Source: Chloroflexota bacterium (GTDB taxonomy: Bacteria; Chloroflexota; UBA11872; VXOZ01). From it: a DNA stretch of 64,000 nt. The stretch lies in NCBI GenBank assembly GCA_964291655.2, contig OZ219802.1:1216001-1280000 (forward strand), read 5' to 3'. The position numbers and the translations under genes were made by a program. Shown here piece by piece: positions 10,222-21,564 of the stretch. The notes beneath the pieces were generated by a model. It was not told where the DNA came from, searched no databases, and saw only the letters and a list, made by a program, of their open reading frames with translations. Every line of letters starts with the position of its first letter. The stretch's first letter is position 1.

Positions 10222-10503
10222 ATTCCCGCTTGCGCGGGAATCCATCTTCTCTTAACGTTCGAGTGCGGAAGGTCCCAAGAGGCGGGGGACAAGCCCTCGC
10301 GCTACGCTTAGACTTCCGCTCTAGTGGGCGAGGGGCAGGAGAAACTGGGTGGCCATAGTGGTGCTTTGGCATGTTCTAGATTTCTCGCTACGCTCGAAAT
10401 GACAGGAACGGGCAGTAATGCTTCGAGTCGTGCGCCTCAAGCGCCTACCGGGGCAATTGGTGCTGCGGCTGAACCTGCAATTCTAAGCCTCAATTGCAAA
10501 AAC

Positions 10504-10530
10504 GTAGGGGCACGACATGTCGTGCCCCTA
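10504..10530. repeat. GTAG-tagged REP hairpin
   Basis: GTAGGGGCACGACATGTCGTGCCCCTA; near-identical copy at 46246-46271; a related GTAG family at about 10282-10305 and 44338-44361. Confidence 0.75.
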
Positions 10531-10626
10531 TGTACGTTTCATGCGAGGTGTGCTATCCAACCGCCATGCTTAACCGGCGGGATTAGCGTGCAACTCTTGC
10601 GCCCATCGCCTGCAGCGCTTACTGCC

Positions 10627-11550
10627 TCACACGTGGGCGGCGACCGTCTCCCGCAGGCCGATCTTGGCAACCGCCGCGTGTACGGCGGCTTTGTCGTCCG
10701 GTGAGAGTTCGGCCAGGGGCGGGCGGACGGGGCCGCCGGCCAGGCCGATGGCCATCATCACCTCTTTCATCACCGTGACCTCGTAGCCGCGCACCTTGTA
10801 GCGGATGTCGTAGATTGGCAGGGTCTCGCGTTCGATCTTTGCCTGCAGTTCGCTGAATCGGCCTTCCCGCGCGAGTTCCAGCGCCTCGATCGATGACTTG
10901 GGATTGTAGTTGGCGTTGCTGGAGGTGTAGCCCTCGGCGCCGGCCGCAAAGTACGCGTGCACCATGTCGTCACCCACGCCCGCCAGCCAGAGCAGCTTAT
11001 CGCCCACGTAGGAGCGGACGCGCTGGAACATGCGCACGTCGCCCTGGCCGTCCTTGAAGGCCACGATGTTGGGCACGTCCGCCAGGCGGTCGACCAATTC
11101 CGGGCCGAGCTTCGCGTGATCGCGCGCGTAGGGGAAAACACCCAAGCTAGTAGAGTCCGCGATGGCCTTGTAGTACTGGTAGAAGCCTTCATCGCTGGCC
11201 TGGCCGTAGTGGGGCGGCATCATAAGCAATCCGTCCACGCCGACACTCTCGGCAAACTGCGCCATTTCGGCGCTGACTGCCGGATTCACCCCAACGCCTG
11301 CCAGCATGAGGCAGCGGCCGTCGGCTGCTTCAACGGTGGCGGCAACCACAGCCTTCCACTCAGTAAACGTCAGCGAGAAGAACTCGCCGGTGCCGCCTGC
11401 CGCCAGGACGGCGGGAGAGCCTTCGCGGGCCAGAAAGTCAACGTTGCGGCGCAGGCCGTCGTGGTCGAGGGAATAATCATCATTAAATGGGGTTACGGGA
11501 AACGGGATCACGGTGCGCAAGCGTTCGCGCAACTCCGCTGGACTCATCAC
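10627..11550 (-). CDS. DapA-family lyase, 5-dehydro-4-deoxyglucarate dehydratase (KdgD)-like
   Basis: FPVTPF, GGTGEFFSLT, Schiff-base Lys in AFKDGQGD, GPVRPPL. Confidence 0.82.
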   Translation of the reverse strand: MMSPAELRERLRTVIPFPVTPFNDDYSLDHDGLRRNVDFLAREGSPAVLAAGGTGEFFSLTFTEWKAVVAATVEAADGRCLMLAGVGVNPAVSAEMAQFAESVGVDGLLMMPPHYGQASDEGFYQYYKAIADSTSLGVFPYARDHAKLGPELVDRLADVPNIVAFKDGQGDVRMFQRVRSYVGDKLLWLAGVGDDMVHAYFAAGAEGYTSSNANYNPKSSIEALELAREGRFSELQAKIERETLPIYDIRYKVRGYEVTVMKEVMMAIGLAGGPVRPPLAELSPDDKAAVHAAVAKIGLRETVAAHV

Positions 11551-11792
11551 TGGTCAAAGCTCCTTCATTCTGTGGACGGTTTCAAGCTATTTTCTACACG
11601 GGGATGCTACGACCTATCGTACCAATGCACACTTGCAATTTCCACTTGCGCCGGGCGCTCCACGGCACAAGCTTAGGGGATGAATCCGACCTAGGAATTG
11701 GCCTGTTTCTCAGGTAGCCCTAAGTCTCACCCCATATAATGAAGGGGGATAATGTAGTCAGGAATACGAAAGAGCAGAAGGAGCCAAGCAGC

Positions 11793-12512
11793 ATGCGGAG
11801 ATTCATTGCACTCATATTCATTGTCGCTCTAATACTCGGGCTGGCGGCATGCGGCGGTGACGATCCGGCAGAACCGGAACCTACAGCAACGCCTGCGGCT
11901 GAAGCTCCCGCTGCGACGGCGGAGCCGGCGGCAACCTCGGCGCCGGAGCAGAAGGATAGTAGTGCCGCTGCCAATGTTGTCTTTACCATCGATCCGGCGC
12001 GCTCCTCCGTCCGCTACCTCATTAGGGAACAACTCGCCAACTTGACCTCACCCAATGACGCCATCGGCGAGACCATGGACGTCACCGGCACCATCGTGCT
12101 GGATGCGGAAGGCAACGTGGTGAGTGAAGAATCGCAGATCGTCGTCGGTCTGGCCGGTCTCACCAGCGACTCCTCCCGGCGCGACAGCTACGTCAAGCGC
12201 AACACCCTGCAGACGGACCAGTATCCCAATGCTACGTTCGTCATTAAGGAGATTCAGGGACTGCCGTGGCCGCTGCCCACCTCCGGCGAGGTAACGGTGC
12301 AGATGGTCGGTGACTTCACGATCCGGGAACAGACCAGCGAGGTGACCTGGGAGACGGTCATCCAGGCCGGCGCTCCCGAGTCGACAAGCACCGCCAAGAC
12401 GACCATCACCTTTGAGCAATTCGGCTTGACCAAGCCGCGCGTGGCCGTGGTTGTCAGTGTGGTGGACGAGATTCGGCTGGAGATTGACTTCACCGTCGTG
12501 CGCGAGAAATAG
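11793..12512 (+). CDS. YceI family lipoprotein
   Basis: Lipobox LAAC, Pro/Ala linker, FTIDPARSSVRY...SDSSRRD...LQTDQYPNATF...GDFTIRE. Confidence 0.85.
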   Translation: MRRFIALIFIVALILGLAACGGDDPAEPEPTATPAAEAPAATAEPAATSAPEQKDSSAAANVVFTIDPARSSVRYLIREQLANLTSPNDAIGETMDVTGTIVLDAEGNVVSEESQIVVGLAGLTSDSSRRDSYVKRNTLQTDQYPNATFVIKEIQGLPWPLPTSGEVTVQMVGDFTIREQTSEVTWETVIQAGAPESTSTAKTTITFEQFGLTKPRVAVVVSVVDEIRLEIDFTVVREK

Positions 12513-12720
12513 ACTTTCGTCTCCTGGGATCTCACTCCTCAATGAAGCCGGCCGGGACACGTGACATTCAGACGCAAAGGGTACGGTACGCCGTGCCCTT
12601 TGCGTGTTGAGGGTAATTGTTGCAGACAGGCGGCCACACCCTGGGCACAATCCCCTTTAAGAACTATGCTCCTGCTTGAAACCAGTTGCAGTACAGTTTT
12701 GTGGGAAGACACACTGACCC

Positions 12721-12749
12721 TTCAATAGCAGGTTTGTCTATACTATAAT
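12721..12749 (+). promoter_or_regulatory. Sigma70-type promoter of hicAB; probably gives a leaderless mRNA
   Basis: TTCAAT-17 bp-TATAAT, with ATG (12757) 7 nt downstream and no Shine-Dalgarno. Confidence 0.6.
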
Positions 12750-12756
12750 TGTGAAA

Positions 12757-12972
12757 ATGACTGGCAGAGCATTCGTCAAGAAGGTGTCAGAGATTGGACG
12801 TCAGCGTGGTATTCCAGTACGCGTGGACTCCAAGCGAGGCAAAGGCAGCCACGTCACCCTCTACTACGGGAACCGGAAAACTGTCATGAAAGATCGCCGC
12901 AAAGAAATCGGCGCCGGTTTGCTAACCAGTATGATCCGCCAGCTGGGTCTTGATCGGGAAGACTTCCTTTAG
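12757..12972 (+). CDS. hicA: HicA family toxin (mRNA interferase)
   Basis: ~71 aa basic protein with RGKGSH motif and IIRQLGL-type C-terminus. Confidence 0.85.
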   Translation: MTGRAFVKKVSEIGRQRGIPVRVDSKRGKGSHVTLYYGNRKTVMKDRRKEIGAGLLTSMIRQLGLDREDFL

Positions 12973-12984
12973 GAATAAAGCACA

Positions 12985-13431
12985 ATGAGATTTACTTACC
13001 CTGCTCTTGTGGAACGTATCAGCGAGGACGAAGTAGTCGTCTCATTTCGCGACTTGCCGGAGTGTAGGACTGCTGGCATTGATGAAGCCGAAGCCCTCGC
13101 TGAAGCCCAAGATGCACTTTCTGAAGCAATTGCGGGGCGGATGGATGATGATGAATACATCCCAGAACCGAGCACGCTGCGCGGTGACGAATTCAATATC
13201 GCTGTGCCTACTGACATTGCGGCAAAAGCTGCGCTTGTTATCGCTTGCCGCCAGAGCAGGCTTTCACTTGAAGCCCTTGCGGGCATTTTGGAAATAGATA
13301 GACCAGCTATCTCCCAGATGCTCGATCCACGTCAAGTTTCACACACAGACGACATTACCCGAGCGCTGCGCATCCTTGGCAGCGAGCTGGTACTCGAAGT
13401 GCGTGCACTCGACCCAGTCTCCAGCGAGTAG
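12985..13431 (+). CDS. hicB: HicB family antitoxin with C-terminal HTH
   Basis: YPA...VVSFRDLPEC.T.G...EEALAEAQDAL...IPEPS; directly downstream of hicA. Confidence 0.87.
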   Translation: MRFTYPALVERISEDEVVVSFRDLPECRTAGIDEAEALAEAQDALSEAIAGRMDDDEYIPEPSTLRGDEFNIAVPTDIAAKAALVIACRQSRLSLEALAGILEIDRPAISQMLDPRQVSHTDDITRALRILGSELVLEVRALDPVSSE

Positions 13432-13482
13432 CCCCCGCAGCTCTCGTTGCAACGAGCAGCCTCTACTGTTGGTCTAGTCTGC

Positions 13483-14379
13483 CTAGAGTCCCAGCACGCG
13501 CTCGGCGTTGCCTTGCGTGATCGCGTGGTACTTTTCATCCGAGTCGCAATACTCTTTCAGCAGCGGCAGCGTCTGCGAGGCGAAGCAAGGTCGGGACCCC
13601 ATTCCTTCCCAATTGCCCTTGCCGTCCAGGCAGTGGCAGTCGGTGGCCCAGAGCAGTTGCTTCCAGTGGCGGTTCACAAATTCCGCGCCGAATTCAGGAT
13701 CGCGGCTGATGGCGTTCAGGCCCGAACCGGCTGACATGTCTCCATAGAGGTTTGGGTACTTGGACAGCCATTGGTCGCTCAGACCGCCGCGCACCACGGG
13801 ACCCGGCGGATAGCTGGTATAGCCCTCGGCGCGCCAGTCGCGGGGCACTTCGGCGCTCACGTTCGCCCACCACGCCTGGGCGTGGGCTACGAATACCGTA
13901 TCGGGAAACGACTCCAGCACCTGGTCGAAGACCTCGAAGTTATAGTTGTAGTTGCGGTACTCGAAGTGGAGGAGCACCACCCACCCCAGCTTGCCGCAAA
14001 GCTCGTAGATGTCCAGGCTGTCCGGGTGGTCTACCGGCAGCCGCACCTTGTGCTCGCCAAAGCCCATACAGCCCAGTTCATGGAACCGGCGGATTTCGTC
14101 CAAAGCGTCGGGCCGCAAGGGGTCTACGTGGCAGAATGGAATGATGGTATCGGGAAAACGGTCGTAGGCCTGCAGCGCGTAGTCGGTGCGCATAGCCGTC
14201 TGCTCCACGCCCCACTTCTCCTTGGCCATGGCCGTGCTGTTGCCCTTGGCGAGGGGCAGCACGACCGCCTTGCCGCCGCCGTGGGCCTCGATGTGCGCCA
14301 CAACGTGCTCGCCAATGCGCGGGTTGCCAGCGTCGTAGTCCGTCGGCACCATGATGTGTTGATGAAAATCAATCGGCAT
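13483..14379 (-). CDS. Amidohydrolase_2 family metallohydrolase
   Basis: IDFHQH, GFGEHK, LLHFE, FVAHA, NLYGDMSAGSG, LLWATD. Confidence 0.85.
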   Translation of the reverse strand: MPIDFHQHIMVPTDYDAGNPRIGEHVVAHIEAHGGGKAVVLPLAKGNSTAMAKEKWGVEQTAMRTDYALQAYDRFPDTIIPFCHVDPLRPDALDEIRRFHELGCMGFGEHKVRLPVDHPDSLDIYELCGKLGWVVLLHFEYRNYNYNFEVFDQVLESFPDTVFVAHAQAWWANVSAEVPRDWRAEGYTSYPPGPVVRGGLSDQWLSKYPNLYGDMSAGSGLNAISRDPEFGAEFVNRHWKQLLWATDCHCLDGKGNWEGMGSRPCFASQTLPLLKEYCDSDEKYHAITQGNAERVLGL

Positions 14380-14487
14380 GGACTTCTCACCTCTCTGCTT
14401 TATGGAGACATCTATCGCTGTGCACGTAACATGCTTGCCTCAGGCTACAGTCGTCGCAATCCACCGCCGGAGTTCCGGGCGCAGAGC

Positions 14488-15477
14488 TTACAGCGCAAGC
14501 GACTGCGGCTGCCCGGTCTCGATTGAACTAAAGAAGGCGTGCGCCAAGGCCGTGGCGCGTCTGCCGGCGTGGTGATCGGCGCCGATTTGCCAGGGCTCGC
14601 CGGTATTCAAGCCGTGGACGAATTCGGTAAGTTCTTGCTGCAGTCCCTCCGGGTCGGCATCCTCAGGGGCGTGGCGTTCGCCAGGGCTTGCCACGTTCCC
14701 GCCGGAGACCGTCGCGCGATGCAAGCGGTCGTAGAGTTGTACGCTCGTGCCGTTGTCAAAGACCTCGAAGAAGAACTTTGAGACCGCCGTGGAATCGGCC
14801 GCGTCGCCTTGGACGACACTCGCCGCCGCGCCACTCGCGAAACGAATGACGCCGGCCATGTTATCGGGGTAGGTCTTGTTCTCGTGGGTGTAGTTGCCGC
14901 CGACGGCGAAGACCTCCACCGGCTCAGAACCGGCCAGGTAGCAGACCAGGTCGAACGTATGGCAGCCCTGAGAAAGGATGTTGCCGCCGCCCTTGACCGG
15001 ATCGACCGCCCAGAGCGTGTCGGGCCAGCGGTTGCACATCATCTGTCCTACAAGCAGGAACGGTTCCGGCACCAGCCGTTTGGCCTCTTGAATAAGTGGG
15101 GCGAAGCGCAGCTTGAAGCCGGTCATCAGCCGAACACCGGCCTTTTCCACGGCCTCCACCACCGCGTCGCACTGCGGCACCGTCATGGACATGGGTTTTT
15201 CCATGAGGATGTGCTTGCCCGCTTGCGCCGCGGCCAAACCGAGGGTCACGTGGGTGTCGTGGTGCGTCGAAATGAGCACAGCGTCAATGGCGTCGTCGGC
15301 CAGCACCTCCTTTACGTCCGCCGTAGCGTAAGCGCCGCCAAACTCATTGAGAAACCCTTTGGCGGCATCCGGGAAGACATCGGCATATCCGTGCAGCCGG
15401 ACACCATCCATGACCACCGCATTTTGCATGTGGTTTCGCGCCATGTTGCCGCATCCAATCACACCCAGCGTAATCAT
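14488..15477 (-). CDS. Gfo/Idh/MocA family oxidoreductase
   Basis: GVIGCGNMA Rossmann motif; AGKHILMEKPM; GGG...GCHTFD. Confidence 0.92.
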   Translation of the reverse strand: MITLGVIGCGNMARNHMQNAVVMDGVRLHGYADVFPDAAKGFLNEFGGAYATADVKEVLADDAIDAVLISTHHDTHVTLGLAAAQAGKHILMEKPMSMTVPQCDAVVEAVEKAGVRLMTGFKLRFAPLIQEAKRLVPEPFLLVGQMMCNRWPDTLWAVDPVKGGGNILSQGCHTFDLVCYLAGSEPVEVFAVGGNYTHENKTYPDNMAGVIRFASGAAASVVQGDAADSTAVSKFFFEVFDNGTSVQLYDRLHRATVSGGNVASPGERHAPEDADPEGLQQELTEFVHGLNTGEPWQIGADHHAGRRATALAHAFFSSIETGQPQSLAL

Positions 15478-15795
15478 TGTTCCGCTGCACTCCTGTAAGC
15501 ATGAGTCGCCCGTTGCAAACCAGCGCCACGCGCCTCGTGGCGGTACGATGTGGACTTGCGCTGTCGTTGCTCAGTGTGAGCATATCATAGCCGCGGTATA
15601 TTTAGATAAGCGAACGCCAACAGGAGAATCGGGTCTGAGCTGTGACTCTACGCGAGGCACCGGCCACCTGGGCGCCAGACTCTGCTCCAAGCGCCATGCA
15701 AAGTAACACATCGACGAGCCATGTTGCTTAATTCAGAAAGGGCCGCAAAAAGAGACAATATTAACCTCTTGACATTCCCAATTATCTACGATGTA

Positions 15796-15804
15796 TGGTA
15801 TACT
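15796..15804 (+). promoter_or_regulatory. Possible extended -10 promoter for dnaG-rpoD
   Basis: TGGTATACT (TGn-TATACT) in an AT-rich intergenic patch; the TTGACA at 15769 is too far upstream (24 bp) to be its -35. Confidence 0.4.
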
Positions 15805-16030
15805 GAATGCAACATGCCTCTTGCACGTGACTGTCAGCCCAGGCGATCGGCGACACGAAAAGGGTGGTTTGGGATACGCCGGCCGGCGCGCGGAACCTGC
15901 GTATTGCTACGTTTCGCGGCGTAAGCGGACGATAGTGCAAGGGTTTTTCTCTTCTCAGGGTTGAGACGACAACGCCTTTGCCGCAATCGTGTGGCCGGAA
16001 GAGCACGAGGAGGAAAGTAACGACTAACGA

Positions 16031-17899
16031 ATGCCGTTACCGGTAGAGGACGTAAAAGCGCAAGTCCCCTTGGTGGACGTCGTAAACGCGGCGGTGCGGC
16101 TGCAGCAGAGCGGCCGCTACCTTAAGGGACTTTGCCCTTTTCATGAGGAAAAGACGCCGTCGTTCTTCGTCTTTCCGGAGCGCGGCACCTGGCGCTGCTT
16201 TGGCTGCGGCCGTGGCGGCGACGTGATCTCCTTCGTCATGGAGCGCGAGAAAGCCTCTTTCGTGGAGGCGGTAGAATCCCTCGCCCGCGAGGCCGGCATC
16301 AAACTTTCGCGCCAGGAAGAACGCCAACGCAGCCGCAACCAGACGCTCGGCCAGATTAATCTGGAAGCGGCGCAAATCTACCATCGCTTGCTGAAGGAGT
16401 CGCCGGAAGCGGCCCGCGCGCGCGACTACCTGGCGGAGCGTGGCATAGAACAAGATACTATCGCGCGGTTTATGTTGGGGTATGCGCCCAGCCGGTACGA
16501 TACCGTCCGCTCGCACCTGGTGCAGCTTGGCTTTTCGCCGGAAGACCTGACGGCAGCCGGTCTGCTTACGGAGGGCAATCGCGGGCCGTACGATCGCTTT
16601 CGTAGCAGGATCATGTTTCCCATCCGGGATGCGCGGGGTCGTTTCTGCGGGTTCGGCGCGCGCACGCTGAGCGCCGATATCCAGCCGAAATATCTCAACA
16701 CGCCGCAGACGCCGCTGTTTGATAAGAGCGGGCTTCTTTACGGCTTGGACCTCGCCCAACAGACCATCCGCGAGCGGAAGCAATGCGTCATTGTGGAAGG
16801 CTACACAGATGTGATGATGGCGCACCAGCACGGCGAGACCAACGTCGTCGCGAGCATGGGCACCGCACTAACGGAAAAGCACGTCCGGGCCGTCAAGAGC
16901 CTTAGCACGAACCTTGTCCTGGCGCTCGATCCCGATGCCGCCGGTAGTGCCGCCACCATGCGGGGACTAGAGGTAGCGCGCCGGGCGTTCGACCGCGTGG
17001 ATACGCGCGTCACCGTTGGGGATGTCATGCGGTTGGAAAGCACGCTGGAGGCGGACATTCGCATTGCGGTGCTGCCGGAAGGAAAAGACCCGGATACGTT
17101 GCTGCGCGAGGATAGCGGCGCTTGGAAGACATGCATTGACAGGGCAGTGCCCTTCGTGGACTATGCCTTTCGGCTCATCGCGCAGCAGCATGATCTCAAC
17201 AGCACGCAGGGCAAGCGCAGGGCCGTAGAAGCCTTAGCCCCGCTCATCGCCGACATTGGCGATCCCGTGGCACGGCAACACTACCTCAAGCGACTGGCAC
17301 AGGTGCTTGACCTGGGCATTCAGAGCGAAGTCCTGATGAACTTCATGCACGCCCGGCGAACAGGAAGACCGCAGTCAGCGGCATCCCCACAGCACAATGG
17401 TGAAGTGCAGACCAACGAGAACGGCGAGGAACAAACACCAGATAAGCTTGAACAGTATCTCGTGGGTTTGCTTTCCGTACATCCGCAAGCGCATGAACTT
17501 GCGGCAGAAGTCATCGACGCCGAAGACTTTCGCCACCCCCTGCATAGGCAAGCGTATGAGTACTTGGTAGCAGCGCAAGAAAACAAGACCAATTCGTTTG
17601 ACTTAATGGTGAAAGAGAATGTGCTACACCTGCTCGGCCAACTCAGCCGGGAGCGGGGTGCGGAGCCGCACATCGACGAAGACTATCTGCGCCCCACCGT
17701 AGTCGCCGCTGCCCTGCGGCTCAAGCAACGGAATGTACAGGAGGAATACGAAGACTTGCAGCTCCTCTTGGCAAATGAACCTGCTGATGAGAACAGACCG
17801 CTCGGCTCGCAAGTCCGGCAGGAGATACGCCGGATTGGCGAGCAATTGCGCCAAGTCAACCGCGCGCTCAAGCAAACAAGCTTCATGCGAACGCCTTAG
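16031..17899 (+). CDS. dnaG: DNA primase
   Basis: Zn finger [11 protein letters not shown]...CFGC; KYLNTPQT; Toprim VEGYTDV and ALDPDAAG; GKDPD. Confidence 0.97.
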   Translation: MPLPVEDVKAQVPLVDVVNAAVRLQQSGRYLKGLCPFHEEKTPSFFVFPERGTWRCFGCGRGGDVISFVMEREKASFVEAVESLAREAGIKLSRQEERQRSRNQTLGQINLEAAQIYHRLLKESPEAARARDYLAERGIEQDTIARFMLGYAPSRYDTVRSHLVQLGFSPEDLTAAGLLTEGNRGPYDRFRSRIMFPIRDARGRFCGFGARTLSADIQPKYLNTPQTPLFDKSGLLYGLDLAQQTIRERKQCVIVEGYTDVMMAHQHGETNVVASMGTALTEKHVRAVKSLSTNLVLALDPDAAGSAATMRGLEVARRAFDRVDTRVTVGDVMRLESTLEADIRIAVLPEGKDPDTLLREDSGAWKTCIDRAVPFVDYAFRLIAQQHDLNSTQGKRRAVEALAPLIADIGDPVARQHYLKRLAQVLDLGIQSEVLMNFMHARRTGRPQSAASPQHNGEVQTNENGEEQTPDKLEQYLVGLLSVHPQAHELAAEVIDAEDFRHPLHRQAYEYLVAAQENKTNSFDLMVKENVLHLLGQLSRERGAEPHIDEDYLRPTVVAAALRLKQRNVQEEYEDLQLLLANEPADENRPLGSQVRQEIRRIGEQLRQVNRALKQTSFMRTP

Positions 17900-17976
17900 C
17901 CATCACGAGCTGGCGAGGCACTGAGAGCAACGAGGGCCCGCACACATTGCACAGGCATGCCTGTGAAGGAGGAAGT

Positions 17977-19293
<1,317 letters not shown>

Positions 19294-19308
19294 TAAGAGG
19301 ACAGCGAC

Positions 19309-20460
19309 ATGTCCTTAACTAATCAGGACCAGGTTGGCAAAGCGCTGGAGGCGTTGAAGGTCGGTCTATCGCCATTCGTTGAACGAGATTTTACGGCACA
19401 CTACAGAGGACAGACCTGGCAGGTGCTGCAGCAAGTACCTGATGTTAGGATTGCTGATTGGCAGCGACCATTCTGCGGTTTGGATGTAGCGGCTCTCCTT
19501 AGAGTCATGTGGGAATCGTGGAATGATGTTTTTCGTCACACTCTCGGTCACGATGAACGGAGCTTGGTGAGCGAGGTGCGCAGTATCCGAAACCGCTGGG
19601 CGCATCAACAACCGTTCTCAAACGACGACACTTTTCGGGCACTAGATTCTTCCCATCGACTTCTGCTTGCGGTCTCGGCAAAGCCGCAAGCGGAGCAGGT
19701 TGGGAAACTAAGGGACGAAGCACTGAGAGTTCTTGCAAGCGAGCAGTCCCCTGCCCAAGATCATGATTCGGCTTGCGCTAACGAGCCGATGGTTGTCGTT
19801 ATCGTGTGCGCTGCCAGCAAGAGAGATGATGCCGGTACCATGAGGCAGGCGAACGGCAAAACAGTTAGGTTCGTAGCCCATTCTGAGACAATGCCGGACG
19901 ACGCAAAGGATGCAGATTGTGTATATGCGCTTCCAGACGACATTTCCGATACTAAGATCTCGTGGAGGCAGCGGTTATCGGAGTATAACCAGGAGTATAG
20001 GAGAACAGGCCGGAATCCATTTGGCCTTTTACCGGCATACGAGCTCTATAGCCATCCAATCTATCGTGAATTGGTGAATGCGTGCGGTCCAGAGCACGTA
20101 TTTATCCTTTCCGGTGGATGGGGTTTGATTAATGCAGCCTATCTCACACCTTCATACGACATAACCTTCTCCCGACATGCTGAGAAGTGGAAGCGGCGGG
20201 ATCAGCGGGACTCCTTTGGAGACGTATGCCACATTCCAAAGGGATTCAAAGGAACTATTGAGTTTTTCGGAGGCAAGGATTACACAGGGGTATTTGCTGA
20301 ACTCACCCAATCTATCGAGTGTCGAAAGATCGTGAGATACAATTCAACACCGCCTCCATCCGCACCTGGCTGTGAGCTCAAACCCTATCAGTCGCGGGCA
20401 AAAACAAACTGGTATTACCAGTGCGCGAGAGAATTCATCAATGGCGAGATCGAGAGCTAG
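19309..20460 (+). CDS. Swt1-like HEPN domain fused to a DUF6884/YaaA-like domain
   Basis: N-terminal [10 protein letters not shown]...DVAALL...WNDVF...RNRWAH (RxxxxH); C-terminal VIVCAASK...PAYELY...FILSGGWGL...PSYDITF; visibly more AT-rich than its flanks. Confidence 0.7.
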   Translation: MSLTNQDQVGKALEALKVGLSPFVERDFTAHYRGQTWQVLQQVPDVRIADWQRPFCGLDVAALLRVMWESWNDVFRHTLGHDERSLVSEVRSIRNRWAHQQPFSNDDTFRALDSSHRLLLAVSAKPQAEQVGKLRDEALRVLASEQSPAQDHDSACANEPMVVVIVCAASKRDDAGTMRQANGKTVRFVAHSETMPDDAKDADCVYALPDDISDTKISWRQRLSEYNQEYRRTGRNPFGLLPAYELYSHPIYRELVNACGPEHVFILSGGWGLINAAYLTPSYDITFSRHAEKWKRRDQRDSFGDVCHIPKGFKGTIEFFGGKDYTGVFAELTQSIECRKIVRYNSTPPPSAPGCELKPYQSRAKTNWYYQCAREFINGEIES

Positions 20461-20675
20461 TTCGCCTATTCCACAAGCACTCGTGAAACCCAAGAATTAG
20501 CAATGTTTTGAACAGCATCCCGCGGGAACCTGCGAATTGCCGCTATGATGATGTTGCAGTTTATCAGACCCTTCTATGAGAACTTAAATTCTCCTCAATG
20601 CACGGACAGACACATATACTCTCTTTCTGTTAGAGAGCCGAAATAGTCCGCTTCCAGAGCTTGAGGCCAAGTCCA

Positions 20676-21392
20676 CTATATGCAGATCGTCTCGCCCGGC
20701 TGCAGCTCGCTGATCTTCAAGCCGCTGATGTCCCGGGCTGCCGCGCGAAACGCCTCCGGCGTGCCGGTGAGCAGCGGAAATGTGCCGTAGTGGCACGGGA
20801 TCACCTGCCTTATGCCGAGCATCCGGCAGGCTTCGGCCGCGTCGTCGGGTCCCATCGTGAAGTGGTCGCCAATCGGCAGGATTGCCGCGTCGGGACGATA
20901 GCGGCGGCCGATCAACGCCATGTCGCCAAAGAGCGCCGTATCCCCGGCAACATAGAGCTTCAACCCACTGGAAAACGTGACGACATAGCCCACGCTCTCC
21001 CCCGCCGGTATCAGCGTGTCGCCATCCATGATGGTGCTCGTGTGTTCGGCGTGCACCATCATGACGGCAAGATCAGCCACGCGAATTGTACCGCCTTTGT
21101 TCATTCCCACAATATTGGCTACGCCCTGCTGCCCCAGCCAATGTGAAATATCTGCCGTTGTGACCACAGCCTCCGGCTCAGCGCGACGCGCTAAGGGCAC
21201 TGCATCCCCTAAGTGATCACCGTGACCGTGGGTGATGAGAATCACGTCCACAGTCTGCGGCTCTTTGAGATTGGCCGGACATACAGGGTTTCCGGAGAGG
21301 AACGGGTCGATGAGCACGACTTTCCCTTCCGGTGTCCTGATGCTGAACGCGGCATGCCCCAGCCAGGTTATCGCGACGTCGTTTGAAGCCAT
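20676..21392 (-). CDS. UPF0173-type metallo-beta-lactamase-fold hydrolase
   Basis: WLGHA, IDPFL, THGHGDH, AEHTS, AGDT, LPIGDHFTMG, PCHYGTF. Confidence 0.92.
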   Translation of the reverse strand: MASNDVAITWLGHAAFSIRTPEGKVVLIDPFLSGNPVCPANLKEPQTVDVILITHGHGDHLGDAVPLARRAEPEAVVTTADISHWLGQQGVANIVGMNKGGTIRVADLAVMMVHAEHTSTIMDGDTLIPAGESVGYVVTFSSGLKLYVAGDTALFGDMALIGRRYRPDAAILPIGDHFTMGPDDAAEACRMLGIRQVIPCHYGTFPLLTGTPEAFRAAARDISGLKISELQPGETICI

Positions 21393-21564
21393 CACTCTTT
21401 CCTCTCTGCACCCACGGTGCATTCGCAGTCGCCTACTTCATACGCTCTGCATGTCTGCCAGCTATCACCCATCGTAGACAGCAAACACTTGAACACTTCA
21501 CTCCCGATCGGAGACCTTTGCATAACCCCACTTTCAAGCAGGGGCACTCCCTCTCCTGGGGGAG

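Noticed and set aside
9800-10620. Possible CRISPR array in repeat-rich intergenic regions (also 42770-42980 and 50100-50700)
   Set aside because: No regularly spaced identical direct repeats with unique spacers and no cas genes; the repeats are inverted hairpins and MITEs.
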